Below are positions 26,942-36,653 of a DNA stretch of 64,000 bases, one piece after another. A program made the translations under genes and the position numbers. This DNA comes from a virus: positions 1 to 64,000 of the IMG/VR virus record IMGVR_UViG_3300045988_120820; one strand, 5' to 3'. Numbering within the stretch: position 1 is the stretch's first letter; every line of letters starts with the position of its first letter. The notes under the pieces are model-generated. The model made no database searches. It saw nothing but the letters and a program-made list of their open reading frames with translations, and had not been told where the DNA came from.

Positions 26942-28069
26942 ATGATAATAAACTTTAATCAAGAATTAAGTGAAGAATTTGGAAATGAAATAGTAGGTCA
27001 ATTATTAGATGTATATGCAAAAAATGAAGCAATATTAGATGCAAATTCAAGATTAAGATACAGAGAAGATTGGTTACCTTTATATTGCGATGAAATGACA
27101 TTTATGATAAATAGTCCAGGAGGTAGTTTATATTCGTTTATTCAAATATGGGATATTATAGATAAATTAAAGTCTCAAGGTGTTAAAATAAAAGCAGAAG
27201 TACAATCTCATGCTATGAGTGCAGGGTTTTTCCTATTTATGTTAGCTGACGAAAGAAGAATGAATAAATTAGGAACACTTCTTTATCATGAGATGCTTAT
27301 TGGAAATAGCATGAAATTATCTGACTGGAATTTAGAAACGCATAGAATGGATAAAATACAAAAGGCTTTAGATAAGTTGGTAACGGATAATACAAATATA
27401 ACACAAGATATGTTAGATAAATATAAAGGAAAAGATTGGTATATAGACTATGATGAAGCTTTAGAATTAGGGATAATAGAACCAGAATTAACAGAAGAAG
27501 AGCAATTGGCAAAAGCATTAGAAGATATGGATAAAGAAGAGATGACACAAAGTGAATTTGATGCTTTTGTTGAAGAAATGAAGGAATTGATTAATATCGT
27601 TCCAGATAAACCTACAGAAAAAGAAATACAAGATAAAATAAAAGAAATAGAGGGAGATACAGAACCAGATATGACATTAGGAGAAGCTGTTAAAGAGGTA
27701 TTAGGCGAAGACTTTAGATGCAATGGAGAAACTAAATGCGATGAGTTTGAAGATAGATGTTGTTATATGTGTGAGAACTTTGATAAATGTGATAAATTAT
27801 GTAAATATGCAGAAAAAGCAGATATATGTGAACATATGGAGAATAAATTAGATGAATTAGATAGTGAATGTGAAGATTGCACTTGTAAAGAAAATAAACA
27901 AGAAGATATAAAAGAATGTGAGGAACCAACTGAATGTGGGTTACATCGTGGAACTAATACTTGTTGTTATTTCTGTCCAGACTTCAATGAATGTACAGAC
28001 TTTAATAAATGTGTATACTCTAATGAATCTTTTGATTGTGAGTATTTAAAAGAACCTTCAAATGACTAA
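26942..28069 (+). CDS. ClpP-family serine protease with long acidic, duplicated Cys-rich C-terminal extension
   Basis: MINSPGGSLYS..IWD..SHAMSAGFFLF..LYHEM ClpP-like core; two C-terminal CCY(M/F)C..F(D/N)(K/E)C modules. Confidence 0.7.
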   Translation: MIINFNQELSEEFGNEIVGQLLDVYAKNEAILDANSRLRYREDWLPLYCDEMTFMINSPGGSLYSFIQIWDIIDKLKSQGVKIKAEVQSHAMSAGFFLFMLADERRMNKLGTLLYHEMLIGNSMKLSDWNLETHRMDKIQKALDKLVTDNTNITQDMLDKYKGKDWYIDYDEALELGIIEPELTEEEQLAKALEDMDKEEMTQSEFDAFVEEMKELINIVPDKPTEKEIQDKIKEIEGDTEPDMTLGEAVKEVLGEDFRCNGETKCDEFEDRCCYMCENFDKCDKLCKYAEKADICEHMENKLDELDSECEDCTCKENKQEDIKECEEPTECGLHRGTNTCCYFCPDFNECTDFNKCVYSNESFDCEYLKEPSND

Positions 28070-28135
28070 AAATAATTAATAAATTTTATAATACGAAGAG
28101 GGAGGATTCCTCCCTAGAAAGGAGAATAAAGGAGT

Positions 28136-28936
28136 ATGAGCAAACATTGTATTCATTGTAATGGAATAGTTGAGAATGAAGAGCTAAGTTATTGTGAAAG
28201 TTGTTATAATAAATTAAGAACTAAAGGGATGTTTAGCGAAAGTAAAAAATACTTTTGTGGTGTTTGTGGAAGAGAACTAACGGAGGGGGATAATATAAAA
28301 AGGAAATTATGTAATAAACATTATCAACAAATTAAAAAGTATGGATTTACTTTAGAAGATAACAGAAGAACAGAAATAGATTTAAATGAATATGAGGAAT
28401 ATCCTAAACATTACGAAATGAAGTTATATGATGAGTTTCAAGAAGAGCTAGAGGATAGAGTTTTAATAGATAAAGATGATTATGAATTAATAAAAAATAT
28501 TAGATGGGATAAAAATACTTCTTGTGTCACAGCAAAAATAAATGGTAAGATTGTACCACTTCAAAATTATATATTGAATACAAACGAAAAAATAAACTTT
28601 GTGTCACAAGATATACTAGATTGTAGAAGAAATAATTTATATATTAAAAAGAAAAAAGATAAAAAGCATAAACATTATGATATATCTAAAAAGAATAAAG
28701 ATAAAATTATAATAGATTTTGCAGGAAGTAGTAAAACACAAGTAACAGGGAGTGCAATAATTGTATCTTATCCAGTAGGTGATAATAAATATGAAAGATT
28801 GTTAGTTGAATTTGGACAAAGTCAAGGTAATGGAAGTTTATATGACGAATATAAAGCTAATAAGGGGGTGGTTGATGATGTGTTAAGTAGAATAGACAAT
28901 CTACAAGCTTGTTTTATCCTACATACACATCTTTGA
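28136..28936 (+). CDS. beta-CASP/metallo-beta-lactamase nuclease, N-terminal part (zinc-ribbon and HNH-associated-like region plus MBL start), ends inside HxHxDH
   Basis: ..FILHTHL then TGA 28934-28936. Confidence 0.6.
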   Translation: MSKHCIHCNGIVENEELSYCESCYNKLRTKGMFSESKKYFCGVCGRELTEGDNIKRKLCNKHYQQIKKYGFTLEDNRRTEIDLNEYEEYPKHYEMKLYDEFQEELEDRVLIDKDDYELIKNIRWDKNTSCVTAKINGKIVPLQNYILNTNEKINFVSQDILDCRRNNLYIKKKKDKKHKHYDISKKNKDKIIIDFAGSSKTQVTGSAIIVSYPVGDNKYERLLVEFGQSQGNGSLYDEYKANKGVVDDVLSRIDNLQACFILHTHL

Positions 28937-30147
28937 AGCTAGACCATATTGGAAATCTCCCGTCTTTAATAAATAATCATATATCAGTACCTTTAATAAC
29001 TACTAGAGAAAATAGATTACTATTAGAACCGTTACTACTTGATGGGGCATACATAATAGAAAGAAATATGAAAGCATTGCAAAAACAGAAATATAAAGTA
29101 GAACCTATATATAATGAAAGTGATGTTTATCTATTAATGAATAATGTAATAGATAAAGAAATGCATAAAGTATATAAATTAAATGATAGAGTGTGTTATG
29201 AGTTTGTTAATTCTGGGCATATTTTAGGTGGCTGTCAATTGATTCTTTATATAAAAACTCTATCTGGAAATACTAAAAAAATCCATATAACATCTGATTT
29301 GGGTAGCAATTATAATAAAGCACCATTTGTATTAAAAAGGGATAATATACAATCTTCTAGTGTAAGTATAGTAGAAGGGACATATAATGATTTAAATAGA
29401 GGATTTAAATCTAAAAAACAAGTAGAAAAGGAAAGAATCAAATTAAAAGAAATAATTAAAAAAGAATTAAGTAAAAACAAAAGAATACTATTTGGGGCAT
29501 TTGCACAGTCAAGAACTCAAAACTTGATGATATATTTGTATGAATGTTTTAAAGACGACCCTAATTTTGATACAAAGATATATGTAGATGGGAAATTATG
29601 CCATTCTATCACTAATGCTTATTTAGAAATATTACAAGGTGAAGAAAAAGAATATTTTAGAGAAGTGTTGAATTGGAAAAATTTCATTTATGTAAAGGAT
29701 TATCAAAATAGCTTAAGTGTAGCAACTAATAATGAAAAGAAAATTGTTATCTCTGGTGGTGGTATGTATACTCAAGGGCGAATATTAAACCATTTAAAAA
29801 CAATGGTGGAGGATAAAGATTCTACTATTATAATGGTTGGGTATTGTGGAATAGGTACTATAGGTAGAGAACTTCAAAGAAAAGACAATAAAACTATAAA
29901 AATAGAAGGATTAGAATATAAGAAAAAATGCAAAATATATGAAATGAATACTTGGTCGTCTCATATAATGGCTAATGAAAATATAGATTTTATGTGTAAC
30001 ATAAATACACCGTTAATATTAATACATCATAGTGATAAAGACGGTAAATATAAATTTAGAGATATAACAGAAGATGAATTAAGAAATAAAGGTAATAGTG
30101 CTAAAATAATAGCAGTCGATGAGAACAATTCAGTATTTTTTATTTAA
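28909..30147 (+). CDS. beta-CASP/metallo-beta-lactamase nuclease, C-terminal part
   Basis: ..LDHIGN.. then SGHILGG, EGTYN, MVGYCGIGTIGREL, WSSH motifs typical of RNase J/CPSF-like beta-CASP enzymes. Confidence 0.65.
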   Translation: MFYPTYTSLKLDHIGNLPSLINNHISVPLITTRENRLLLEPLLLDGAYIIERNMKALQKQKYKVEPIYNESDVYLLMNNVIDKEMHKVYKLNDRVCYEFVNSGHILGGCQLILYIKTLSGNTKKIHITSDLGSNYNKAPFVLKRDNIQSSSVSIVEGTYNDLNRGFKSKKQVEKERIKLKEIIKKELSKNKRILFGAFAQSRTQNLMIYLYECFKDDPNFDTKIYVDGKLCHSITNAYLEILQGEEKEYFREVLNWKNFIYVKDYQNSLSVATNNEKKIVISGGGMYTQGRILNHLKTMVEDKDSTIIMVGYCGIGTIGRELQRKDNKTIKIEGLEYKKKCKIYEMNTWSSHIMANENIDFMCNINTPLILIHHSDKDGKYKFRDITEDELRNKGNSAKIIAVDENNSVFFI

Positions 30148-30159
30148 TGGAGGGATGTA

Positions 30160-30795
30160 ATGAATAATTTAATTGTAATTGAAAATAATGAGCAATTAAT
30201 TAGCTTACGTAAACTATATGACGCATTAGAAATAAAAAGTAAATTCAATGATTGGAAAAATAGAATGTTTTCTTATGGATACGAAGAAAATATAGATTAT
30301 ATAGCTGTTACTCAAAAAAAAGTAACAGCTCAAGGGAATAGTTCTGAATACATAGACTATTATTTAAAAATAGATGTAGCAAAAGAAATATGTATGATTC
30401 AAAGAAATGATAAAGGGAGAGAATTTAGAAGGTATTTTATTGAAGTTGAAAAGGCATATAACGATTTACAATTTAGAATAGGAGACAAAAAACATCAACT
30501 TAAATGTATGGAGATGTTGCAAGATTTTTTACCAGAAGAATTAAAACAAGAAAAAGTATCCTATATAAAAGCTAATACTATTGTTAATAAATGTACCAGC
30601 AATTATTTTGGATTTCCTAAGATGTTAAAGAAAGCCGAGATGAATGATGAGATGTTAAAAGTTAGAGAAGAAATATTAGATGATTATCTAAAATTATTTG
30701 AAGTGTTACAAGATAATGGTGAGGTTAGAGATGCTTTATATAAGAAGTATGATAAACAAAAATTGTTATTAGAATCAAAAAATGAAAATAATTAA
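30160..30795 (+). CDS. AntA/AntB-type antirepressor domain protein
   Basis: N-terminal ISLRKLYDALEIKSKFNDW..RYFIEVEKAY pattern. Confidence 0.6.
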   Translation: MNNLIVIENNEQLISLRKLYDALEIKSKFNDWKNRMFSYGYEENIDYIAVTQKKVTAQGNSSEYIDYYLKIDVAKEICMIQRNDKGREFRRYFIEVEKAYNDLQFRIGDKKHQLKCMEMLQDFLPEELKQEKVSYIKANTIVNKCTSNYFGFPKMLKKAEMNDEMLKVREEILDDYLKLFEVLQDNGEVRDALYKKYDKQKLLLESKNENN

Positions 30796-30804
30796 TAAAG
30801 CCTA

Positions 30805-30832
30805 TTGACAAATAATTTGGTTATGATATAAT
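30805..30832 (+). promoter_or_regulatory. sigma-A-type promoter (repeat family)
   Basis: TTGACAAATAATTTGGTTATGATATAAT. Confidence 0.6.
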
Positions 30833-30855
30833 GTATTTATAGGAAGGTGATAAGA

Positions 30856-31017
30856 ATGAAAAAGATAAAATTTACATTAAAAGGTAAGGATTTCAATCAT
30901 GTTGGTAAAATAGAAAACATACATGAACATCTACAAGAAATTAATCGTGGTGCTGGAGTAAAGAAAAGTAAAAAGACTTATACTAGAAAAACAAAACATA
31001 AAGAGAAATTATATTAA
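30856..31017 (+). CDS. small basic protein (53 aa)
   Basis: SD GGAAGGTGA, ATG 30856; below track cutoff. Confidence 0.5.
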   Translation: MKKIKFTLKGKDFNHVGKIENIHEHLQEINRGAGVKKSKKTYTRKTKHKEKLY

Positions 31018-31029
31018 GGAGGTATTAAT

Positions 31030-31194
31030 ATGACTATAGAAGAATTAAAAGATATACTAAAAAAGCTTGATTCAAATGAAGTGTGTGAGTTGTTATCTAA
31101 CAAACAATGCGAGAAATGTTTCTTTTATTATGAGGACACTAAAGAATGCGTCAAGACAGTATTCGTAGAAGGGACATTGGAAGAGTTAGAATAG
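31030..31194 (+). CDS. small Cys-containing protein (54 aa)
   Basis: SD AAGGAGG, ATG 31030. Confidence 0.5.
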   Translation: MTIEELKDILKKLDSNEVCELLSNKQCEKCFFYYEDTKECVKTVFVEGTLEELE

Positions 31195-31250
31195 AAGGAA
31201 TTAATATGAAATAGGAAATAAATAAAAATAATTAATAAAGGAGATAAAAT

Positions 31251-31427
31251 ATGATAAAATTAATAACTAATGGTAGTTTAAAAGAAGTGAAAGTTTATAA
31301 CACAGTATACGAAGCAAGAGTTGATTTAATACAAAGAAATACAGAAAAATATTTAGTTGAATATTGTGATAAAATATATGGTATCAATAGATTCTTAGCG
31401 TTAATAGAAGGAGGTGAAGAGAAATGA
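31251..31427 (+). CDS. small hypothetical protein (58 aa)
   Basis: Junction motif plus SD GGAGA, ATG 31251. Confidence 0.5.
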   Translation: MIKLITNGSLKEVKVYNTVYEARVDLIQRNTEKYLVEYCDKIYGINRFLALIEGGEEK

Positions 31428-31573
31428 ATTTAAAAGATTTGATTATAAGATGTATTATTATAATCTTATCTCTAGTATTAATTTTTCGAGTAGAATTTGT
31501 AACTCCTTATGTAGTAGTTTTAGTATCATTAATGATAGGAGAGATAATATATAGTTTAAGATATAAAAAATAA
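31424..31573 (+). CDS. small membrane protein (49 aa)
   Basis: ATGA overlap with previous gene; two hydrophobic stretches. Confidence 0.45.
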   Translation: MNLKDLIIRCIIIILSLVLIFRVEFVTPYVVVLVSLMIGEIIYSLRYKK

Positions 31574-31576
31574 ATT

Positions 31577-31637
31577 CATAGGTAATTATTACAACTTAAT
31601 TGTTAATACAACAATATAAGGGGTGATTAAAATGTAG
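31577..31637 (+). promoter_or_regulatory. phage-specific promoter-like element, copy e, with ATG-TAG minimal ORF
   Basis: CATAGGTAATTAT 31577-31589, N11, TGTTAATAC 31601-31609, AATATAAG 31613-31620, ATG-TAG 31632-31637. Confidence 0.5.
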
Positions 31638-31683
31638 TGTATAAGAAGTATTTAATAAAATATTAAATAAGGAGGGGGTAATT

Positions 31684-31935
31684 ATGAAAAAGAAAAAATT
31701 ATGGTTAGTATATGTTGAATTTGGTGGAGATATGGAATGTTATGAATGTTTATACATATTACATAGATTATGCAGAGGTAATACTAAAGAAGAAGTTTTA
31801 GAGGCTTATCAAGAATATTTTGACGGTGATATATCAGACGGAACTATGAGTGGTAGACCTATTAATATGATAGAAATTCCCGAAGTTGCAGAAGGTGATT
31901 GGGGAGAATTAAAAATAGTTAAATTTAAACATTAA
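31684..31935 (+). CDS. hypothetical protein
   Basis: Track ORF; SD GGAGGGGG. Confidence 0.6.
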   Translation: MKKKKLWLVYVEFGGDMECYECLYILHRLCRGNTKEEVLEAYQEYFDGDISDGTMSGRPINMIEIPEVAEGDWGELKIVKFKH

Positions 31936-31983
31936 TAAAAATAACAAATATAAAAATAATAAATAAAAAGGAGAGATGTGTAT

Positions 31984-33114
31984 ATGAGTAATTTAAATTT
32001 TGTTATGATTGGAAAATTATCAATAGCGCCAGATAGAGAAAATAGAAAAGCTTTTAGTGATAAACTATTAGATAGTGGGTGCAATATCCGAGAGTTAAAC
32101 CTACAAATGAAATGTGACAAAGACAACTTTAATCTTCAAATAAAATCTTTTATGAATAATGTCAAAAGAACTTCAGATGGGACACTTAATGTTAATGATT
32201 CAACTATATATACCATATTAGATAATGACGGTAAATATGAATCAACTAACTTTAAATATAAAGATAAAGATAAATATGAAGATAGAATCGCAAACTTCCG
32301 TAAACTGGTATTTGTAGACGAAAACGAAGAAAGAGTAGAGTGCAGTAATGAATTTGATTATTCGATGGCAGTACACTCAATATTAAAATCAGATGCTTAT
32401 AAAGACAAAAAATTTAAAGTACAAGGTAATATAGAATATTCAAGTTATACTAATCCTAAAACACACGAAGAAAAGATTTATACAAATTACAATGTGCAAA
32501 GAATATATGTTATAAATGACGAGGCAGAAGAAAAAGCATTAGCAAACGTTGAGTTTTATATTACAGAAGATTGTTTAGACGATAGTAGATTAGAAGATGA
32601 AAATCTATTAGTTATTAATGGATACATACCAGAATATAATTCTAAAAAGAAAGCAGATATAGGATTTTATCAATCATTTGAATACCCATTAGGTGAGGAT
32701 AGTGAGAAAGCTAAGAAAATGGCTAAATTAATAAATAAAATGCTATTAGATAACTTTGACGATAATGAATTATGTAAAATGGGGTATAGGGTTAGATTAA
32801 TAAATAGACGTGAAGAAGTACCATTTAATGAAGATATGTTAAGTGATGATGAGAAGGAATTATTAGAGTTTGGTTTAATCGACCTCGAAACATTGAAACT
32901 TCAATATGGTGCAGGAATGGGGTCTATGCAAAGAAGAATGGAAATATCTTCAATAGGTAGAGGATATAGTAAAGGAGCAATACCAGTACCTTTAACATTA
33001 AACGAGTTATTAAGTAAAGGTGATGAACCTAAGAAAGAATTATTAGATGAGGACGGAGATTTAGATATATTATCAGATGGCGATGATGACGAGGACGATT
33101 TATTTGAATTTTAG
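31984..33114 (+). CDS. putative single-stranded DNA-binding protein (non-canonical, acidic C-terminal tail)
   Basis: C-terminus DGDDDEDDLFEF resembles the SSB acidic tip (D-D-D-hydrophobic-P/E-F); lies in the replication/recombination module. Confidence 0.45.
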   Translation: MSNLNFVMIGKLSIAPDRENRKAFSDKLLDSGCNIRELNLQMKCDKDNFNLQIKSFMNNVKRTSDGTLNVNDSTIYTILDNDGKYESTNFKYKDKDKYEDRIANFRKLVFVDENEERVECSNEFDYSMAVHSILKSDAYKDKKFKVQGNIEYSSYTNPKTHEEKIYTNYNVQRIYVINDEAEEKALANVEFYITEDCLDDSRLEDENLLVINGYIPEYNSKKKADIGFYQSFEYPLGEDSEKAKKMAKLINKMLLDNFDDNELCKMGYRVRLINRREEVPFNEDMLSDDEKELLEFGLIDLETLKLQYGAGMGSMQRRMEISSIGRGYSKGAIPVPLTLNELLSKGDEPKKELLDEDGDLDILSDGDDDEDDLFEF

Positions 33115-33143
33115 ATTAATTATAATTAATAAGGAGGAAAAAT

Positions 33144-33605
33144 ATGTTTAACAATTATTATATATTTAATAAAGAAATAGGAGAGAAATTAAAAGAATTA
33201 GGATTTGAATTAGATAAAGATACATTAACATATAAGAAAATATGTTATGACCTTGATATGATTGTGAATTATGAAATAACAGACGACATGGTATTAGCAA
33301 GAAGATTAAATCATCCTAAAGGATGTAAAAGTATGGCTTATATAACTAAAATAACAGATAAAACATTTGATTCTATAATAGGTGCATTAAAATCATCATT
33401 AAATGATTTACATGAATCTTCTGGTATTGTAGTAAAATATTCTGATATAAAACCAAATAAATATAAAACTGAAATAAGAAGATTAGAAACTGGCAGATTT
33501 GACCTTAGTGAGGTAAAAAAGGAATTAGAATCAAAGAATTATTATGTTAAACACGCAATTGCAACTAGTAATTATGGCTTAGATGAAATTAAAATTTATT
33601 GGTAA
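33144..33605 (+). CDS. hypothetical protein
   Basis: Track ORF; SD AAGGAGGA. Confidence 0.6.
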   Translation: MFNNYYIFNKEIGEKLKELGFELDKDTLTYKKICYDLDMIVNYEITDDMVLARRLNHPKGCKSMAYITKITDKTFDSIIGALKSSLNDLHESSGIVVKYSDIKPNKYKTEIRRLETGRFDLSEVKKELESKNYYVKHAIATSNYGLDEIKIYW

Positions 33606-33663
33606 AAATAATTAATAAACTTACAAAGAGGGATTAATTTCCCTCTAGAAAGGAGTTGGTAAT

Positions 33664-33738
33664 GTGAAGTTTGAAGATTTTATAAAAGACAAACATATTG
33701 AAATGAAATCGAAATCACAAGGGTGTGCTAAATTTTAA
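33664..33738 (+). CDS. very small ORF (24 aa), doubtful
   Basis: AGGAGTTGGTAATGTG leader identical to that of 33783. Confidence 0.25.
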   Translation: MKFEDFIKDKHIEMKSKSQGCAKF

Positions 33739-33782
33739 GCAGAGTATATCATAGAATCACTATTTAGGAAGGAGTTGGTAAT

Positions 33783-34010
33783 GTGGAAGAGTTGAAGTTA
33801 TACGTTGATTATATTCATACAAAAGGTTTATATTTGATTCAATTATATAAAATAGATGAGAATGGAAAAGTCTTAGAATATTTAGAAAAATATACAACTC
33901 ATAATGTATACGGTGCTGTAAATAAAGTAAAAGAAATAACAAATAGATATCCTAAGATTACAATAATAAGTGAAGATATAAGTTTTAATACACATTATAT
34001 GAATAAATAA
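33783..34010 (+). CDS. hypothetical protein
   Basis: Track ORF, GTG start after AGGAG. Confidence 0.55.
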   Translation: MEELKLYVDYIHTKGLYLIQLYKIDENGKVLEYLEKYTTHNVYGAVNKVKEITNRYPKITIISEDISFNTHYMNK

Positions 34011-34019
34011 ATTTTAAAT

Positions 34020-34080
34020 CATAGGTAATTTTTTATAAGGAATTGTTAATACGATAATATAAGGAGGTATTAAAATGTAG
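34020..34080 (+). promoter_or_regulatory. phage-specific promoter-like element, copy f, with ATG-TAG minimal ORF
   Basis: CATAGGTAATTTT 34020-34032, N11, TGTTAATAC 34044-34052, ATG-TAG 34075-34080. Confidence 0.5.
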
Positions 34081-34151
34081 AATATATTAATTATAAGATA
34101 TAAATAAAAATAACAAATTGAAAATAATTAATAAAAAGGAGAAGTGATATT

Positions 34152-35228
34152 ATGGCTATAAAAAGAAATAAAGTGAAAGTTGATTTAACATCTTACTCAC
34201 ATTATATATTAATGGGTGAAGCGAAAATAGGAAAAACAACAACAGTTTATGAACTAGCAAAACAAGAATATAGTTTAGACGAAATGCTATTAATTTCTTG
34301 TGGAAATGAGCAGGGATATAAAGCATTACCAGATATACAATATGAAGAAGTTTTAAAATTTAGCAAAAAAGAAGATTCAGAAGGTAATAGAGGATTTGTG
34401 CAAGTAGTAGATGATTTGGTTAAGAATTATAAAGAATTAGGTATAAAAATGGTGGTAATAGATACATTAGATACTTTATTTGATATAGGTATAGAACATG
34501 TTATGGAAGAAAGTAGAAGACAAGCAGGTAAACCATGTAAAAGTTTGAACGATTGTTTTGGTGGGTATTCCAGAGGTAGAGATAGATTATTAGAATTAGT
34601 AATGAATGAGATACATAAATTAGATAGATTGCCTGTTGCACTATTTATTTTAGGACATACTAAATATAAAGGTAAAAAAGATACATTAACAAACGATGAA
34701 TATGAACAACTTACGACAAATTTAAGATTTGACTTTTATTCACCAATATCTAATTCAGCACAAATGGTAGTTAATTTAGCAACAGAAAGAGTTATTGAAG
34801 ATGGTGTGCAAGTAGATGCTAAAAGATATATGTATTTTACTTCTAATGGTTTAATTGATTGTGGTAGTAGATTTGAAGGTCTACCAGAAAAATTAGAATT
34901 ATCAGCAGAAAACTTTATGAAAGCATTTAAAATGGGCGTTGAAAATTCATTAAAAAAATCAAAGGTTAAACATAATGTAGAAGAATTAAGAAAAGAAGAA
35001 AAGAAACAAGCTGAAAAAGATTTAAAACAAGTACAAGAAGAAGTTGAAGAACAAGAAAAAGAAGAACAACAAAAATCAGTAGATGAGTTAAAGTCTCAAT
35101 TAAAAGACAAACTTAAAACAACAGAAAATAAAAATATAGTAAAAGATTATATGAAAGAGAAAGATATCAAATCTGTAGCAAATTTAGACGTAGAACAATT
35201 AACTGAAGTATTAGCTAAATTACAATAA
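34152..35228 (+). CDS. AAA_24/Sak4-like RecA-fold ATPase with K/E-rich C-terminal tail
   Basis: Walker A GEAKIGKTT, Walker B VVIDTLD. Confidence 0.6.
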   Translation: MAIKRNKVKVDLTSYSHYILMGEAKIGKTTTVYELAKQEYSLDEMLLISCGNEQGYKALPDIQYEEVLKFSKKEDSEGNRGFVQVVDDLVKNYKELGIKMVVIDTLDTLFDIGIEHVMEESRRQAGKPCKSLNDCFGGYSRGRDRLLELVMNEIHKLDRLPVALFILGHTKYKGKKDTLTNDEYEQLTTNLRFDFYSPISNSAQMVVNLATERVIEDGVQVDAKRYMYFTSNGLIDCGSRFEGLPEKLELSAENFMKAFKMGVENSLKKSKVKHNVEELRKEEKKQAEKDLKQVQEEVEEQEKEEQQKSVDELKSQLKDKLKTTENKNIVKDYMKEKDIKSVANLDVEQLTEVLAKLQ

Positions 35229-35276
35229 TAAATAGTGGAGATTAATTAATCTCCACTCCCCTGTGGAGGTGATTAA

Positions 35277-35864
35277 ATGTCAAAGTCTAAAATAGTTACT
35301 TGTAAATATTGTAAATCTAAAATACCCAAAGATACTGCATATGTAGAAGAGTATTTAACTAATAGTGGCGTACTACGAAATAATTATTATTGTAGTGAGA
35401 AATGTTATAATGAAAAACAAAATGAGATTAAGAAAAAAGAATGGTTGAAAAAAATTAAAAAAGAAAATAGGGAGAAAATAAGAAGTATATGTAATTTGGG
35501 AGAGAAAGAAAAGAATATATATTTTCAAAGCACTTATAAAAGTATTACTGATAATTTTTCACAAGAAGATATATATGAATTTATTAATAAATATGAAAAA
35601 GATATGTTAGATATATTAAATAATATAGATTTTAAAACTGTTAATTCAAGAATTAAATATTGTTTATCAATGTTAGAAAATCAATTACAACATTATATAG
35701 CCGAGAATCAACTAGACAAACAAGAATCTAAAGAAAAAACAGAAGAGGTTAAAGAAGTAGAACCAAGTTTTGTAGATGAGGATTTTGATATAGTAGTTAA
35801 TGTTAAGAAAAAACAGAGAAGAAGCTTGGAACAAATACTGAATGGAGAAATTAATAATGAATAG
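35277..35864 (+). CDS. zinc-ribbon hypothetical protein
   Basis: CKYCKSK...YYCSEKC. Confidence 0.6.
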   Translation: MSKSKIVTCKYCKSKIPKDTAYVEEYLTNSGVLRNNYYCSEKCYNEKQNEIKKKEWLKKIKKENREKIRSICNLGEKEKNIYFQSTYKSITDNFSQEDIYEFINKYEKDMLDILNNIDFKTVNSRIKYCLSMLENQLQHYIAENQLDKQESKEKTEEVKEVEPSFVDEDFDIVVNVKKKQRRSLEQILNGEINNE

Positions 35865-36621
35865 AATAGGGGAGAAGAGATTAAACAATTTTGGGTGTGA
35901 AATGGTAATTGTAGATTATAGAAAATATTCAGACATAGATGTTTATTTTCCAGAATACAATTGGGCTTTTAAAAGTGCAACATATCAATCTTTTAAAAAA
36001 GGAAGTATTAAATGCCCTTATGATAGAAGTATATATGGTGTAGGATATATTGGAGAGGGTGATTATAAAACTACAGAAAATGGAAAACATACTAGAATTT
36101 ATGATACTTGGCACGGTATGTTAAAAAGATGTTATTCTGAAAAATATCATAAAAAACAACCTACCTATAAAGATTGCAGTGTTGCTGAAAAATGGCATAA
36201 CTTTCAAAACTTTGCTAAATGGTATAGTGAGAATTTCTATGAAATAGAAAGCGAAAAAATGTGTTTGGACAAAGATATTTTATTTAAACATAATAAAATT
36301 TATAGTACAGATACTTGTATATTTGTACCACAAACAATTAATTTATTATTTACTAAATCTGATAAAAGTAGAGGTAAATATCCTATAGGAGTAAATCCTC
36401 ATGGTGATAAATTTAGAGTACAATGTAGTATTATCAATCTAAAAACAGGAAAATCTAAAAATGAATATTTAGGTGTTTATGAAACTCAAGAAAAAGGGTT
36501 TGAAGTATATAAATACTACAAAGAACGTAACATAAAAGAAGTAGCTAACTATTATAAGGAACTGATACCAGAAAAATTATATGATGAGTTGTATTCTTAT
36601 GAAGTCGAAATAACAGATTAA
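35857..36621 (+). CDS. AP2/HNH-like endonuclease family copy 4
   Basis: Start moved to ATG 35857 (8-nt overlap with upstream gene); family-wide colinearity. Confidence 0.7.
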   Translation: MNRIGEKRLNNFGCEMVIVDYRKYSDIDVYFPEYNWAFKSATYQSFKKGSIKCPYDRSIYGVGYIGEGDYKTTENGKHTRIYDTWHGMLKRCYSEKYHKKQPTYKDCSVAEKWHNFQNFAKWYSENFYEIESEKMCLDKDILFKHNKIYSTDTCIFVPQTINLLFTKSDKSRGKYPIGVNPHGDKFRVQCSIINLKTGKSKNEYLGVYETQEKGFEVYKYYKERNIKEVANYYKELIPEKLYDELYSYEVEITD

Positions 36622-36653
36622 AAATAATTAATAACAAAATAGGAGTTGATATT

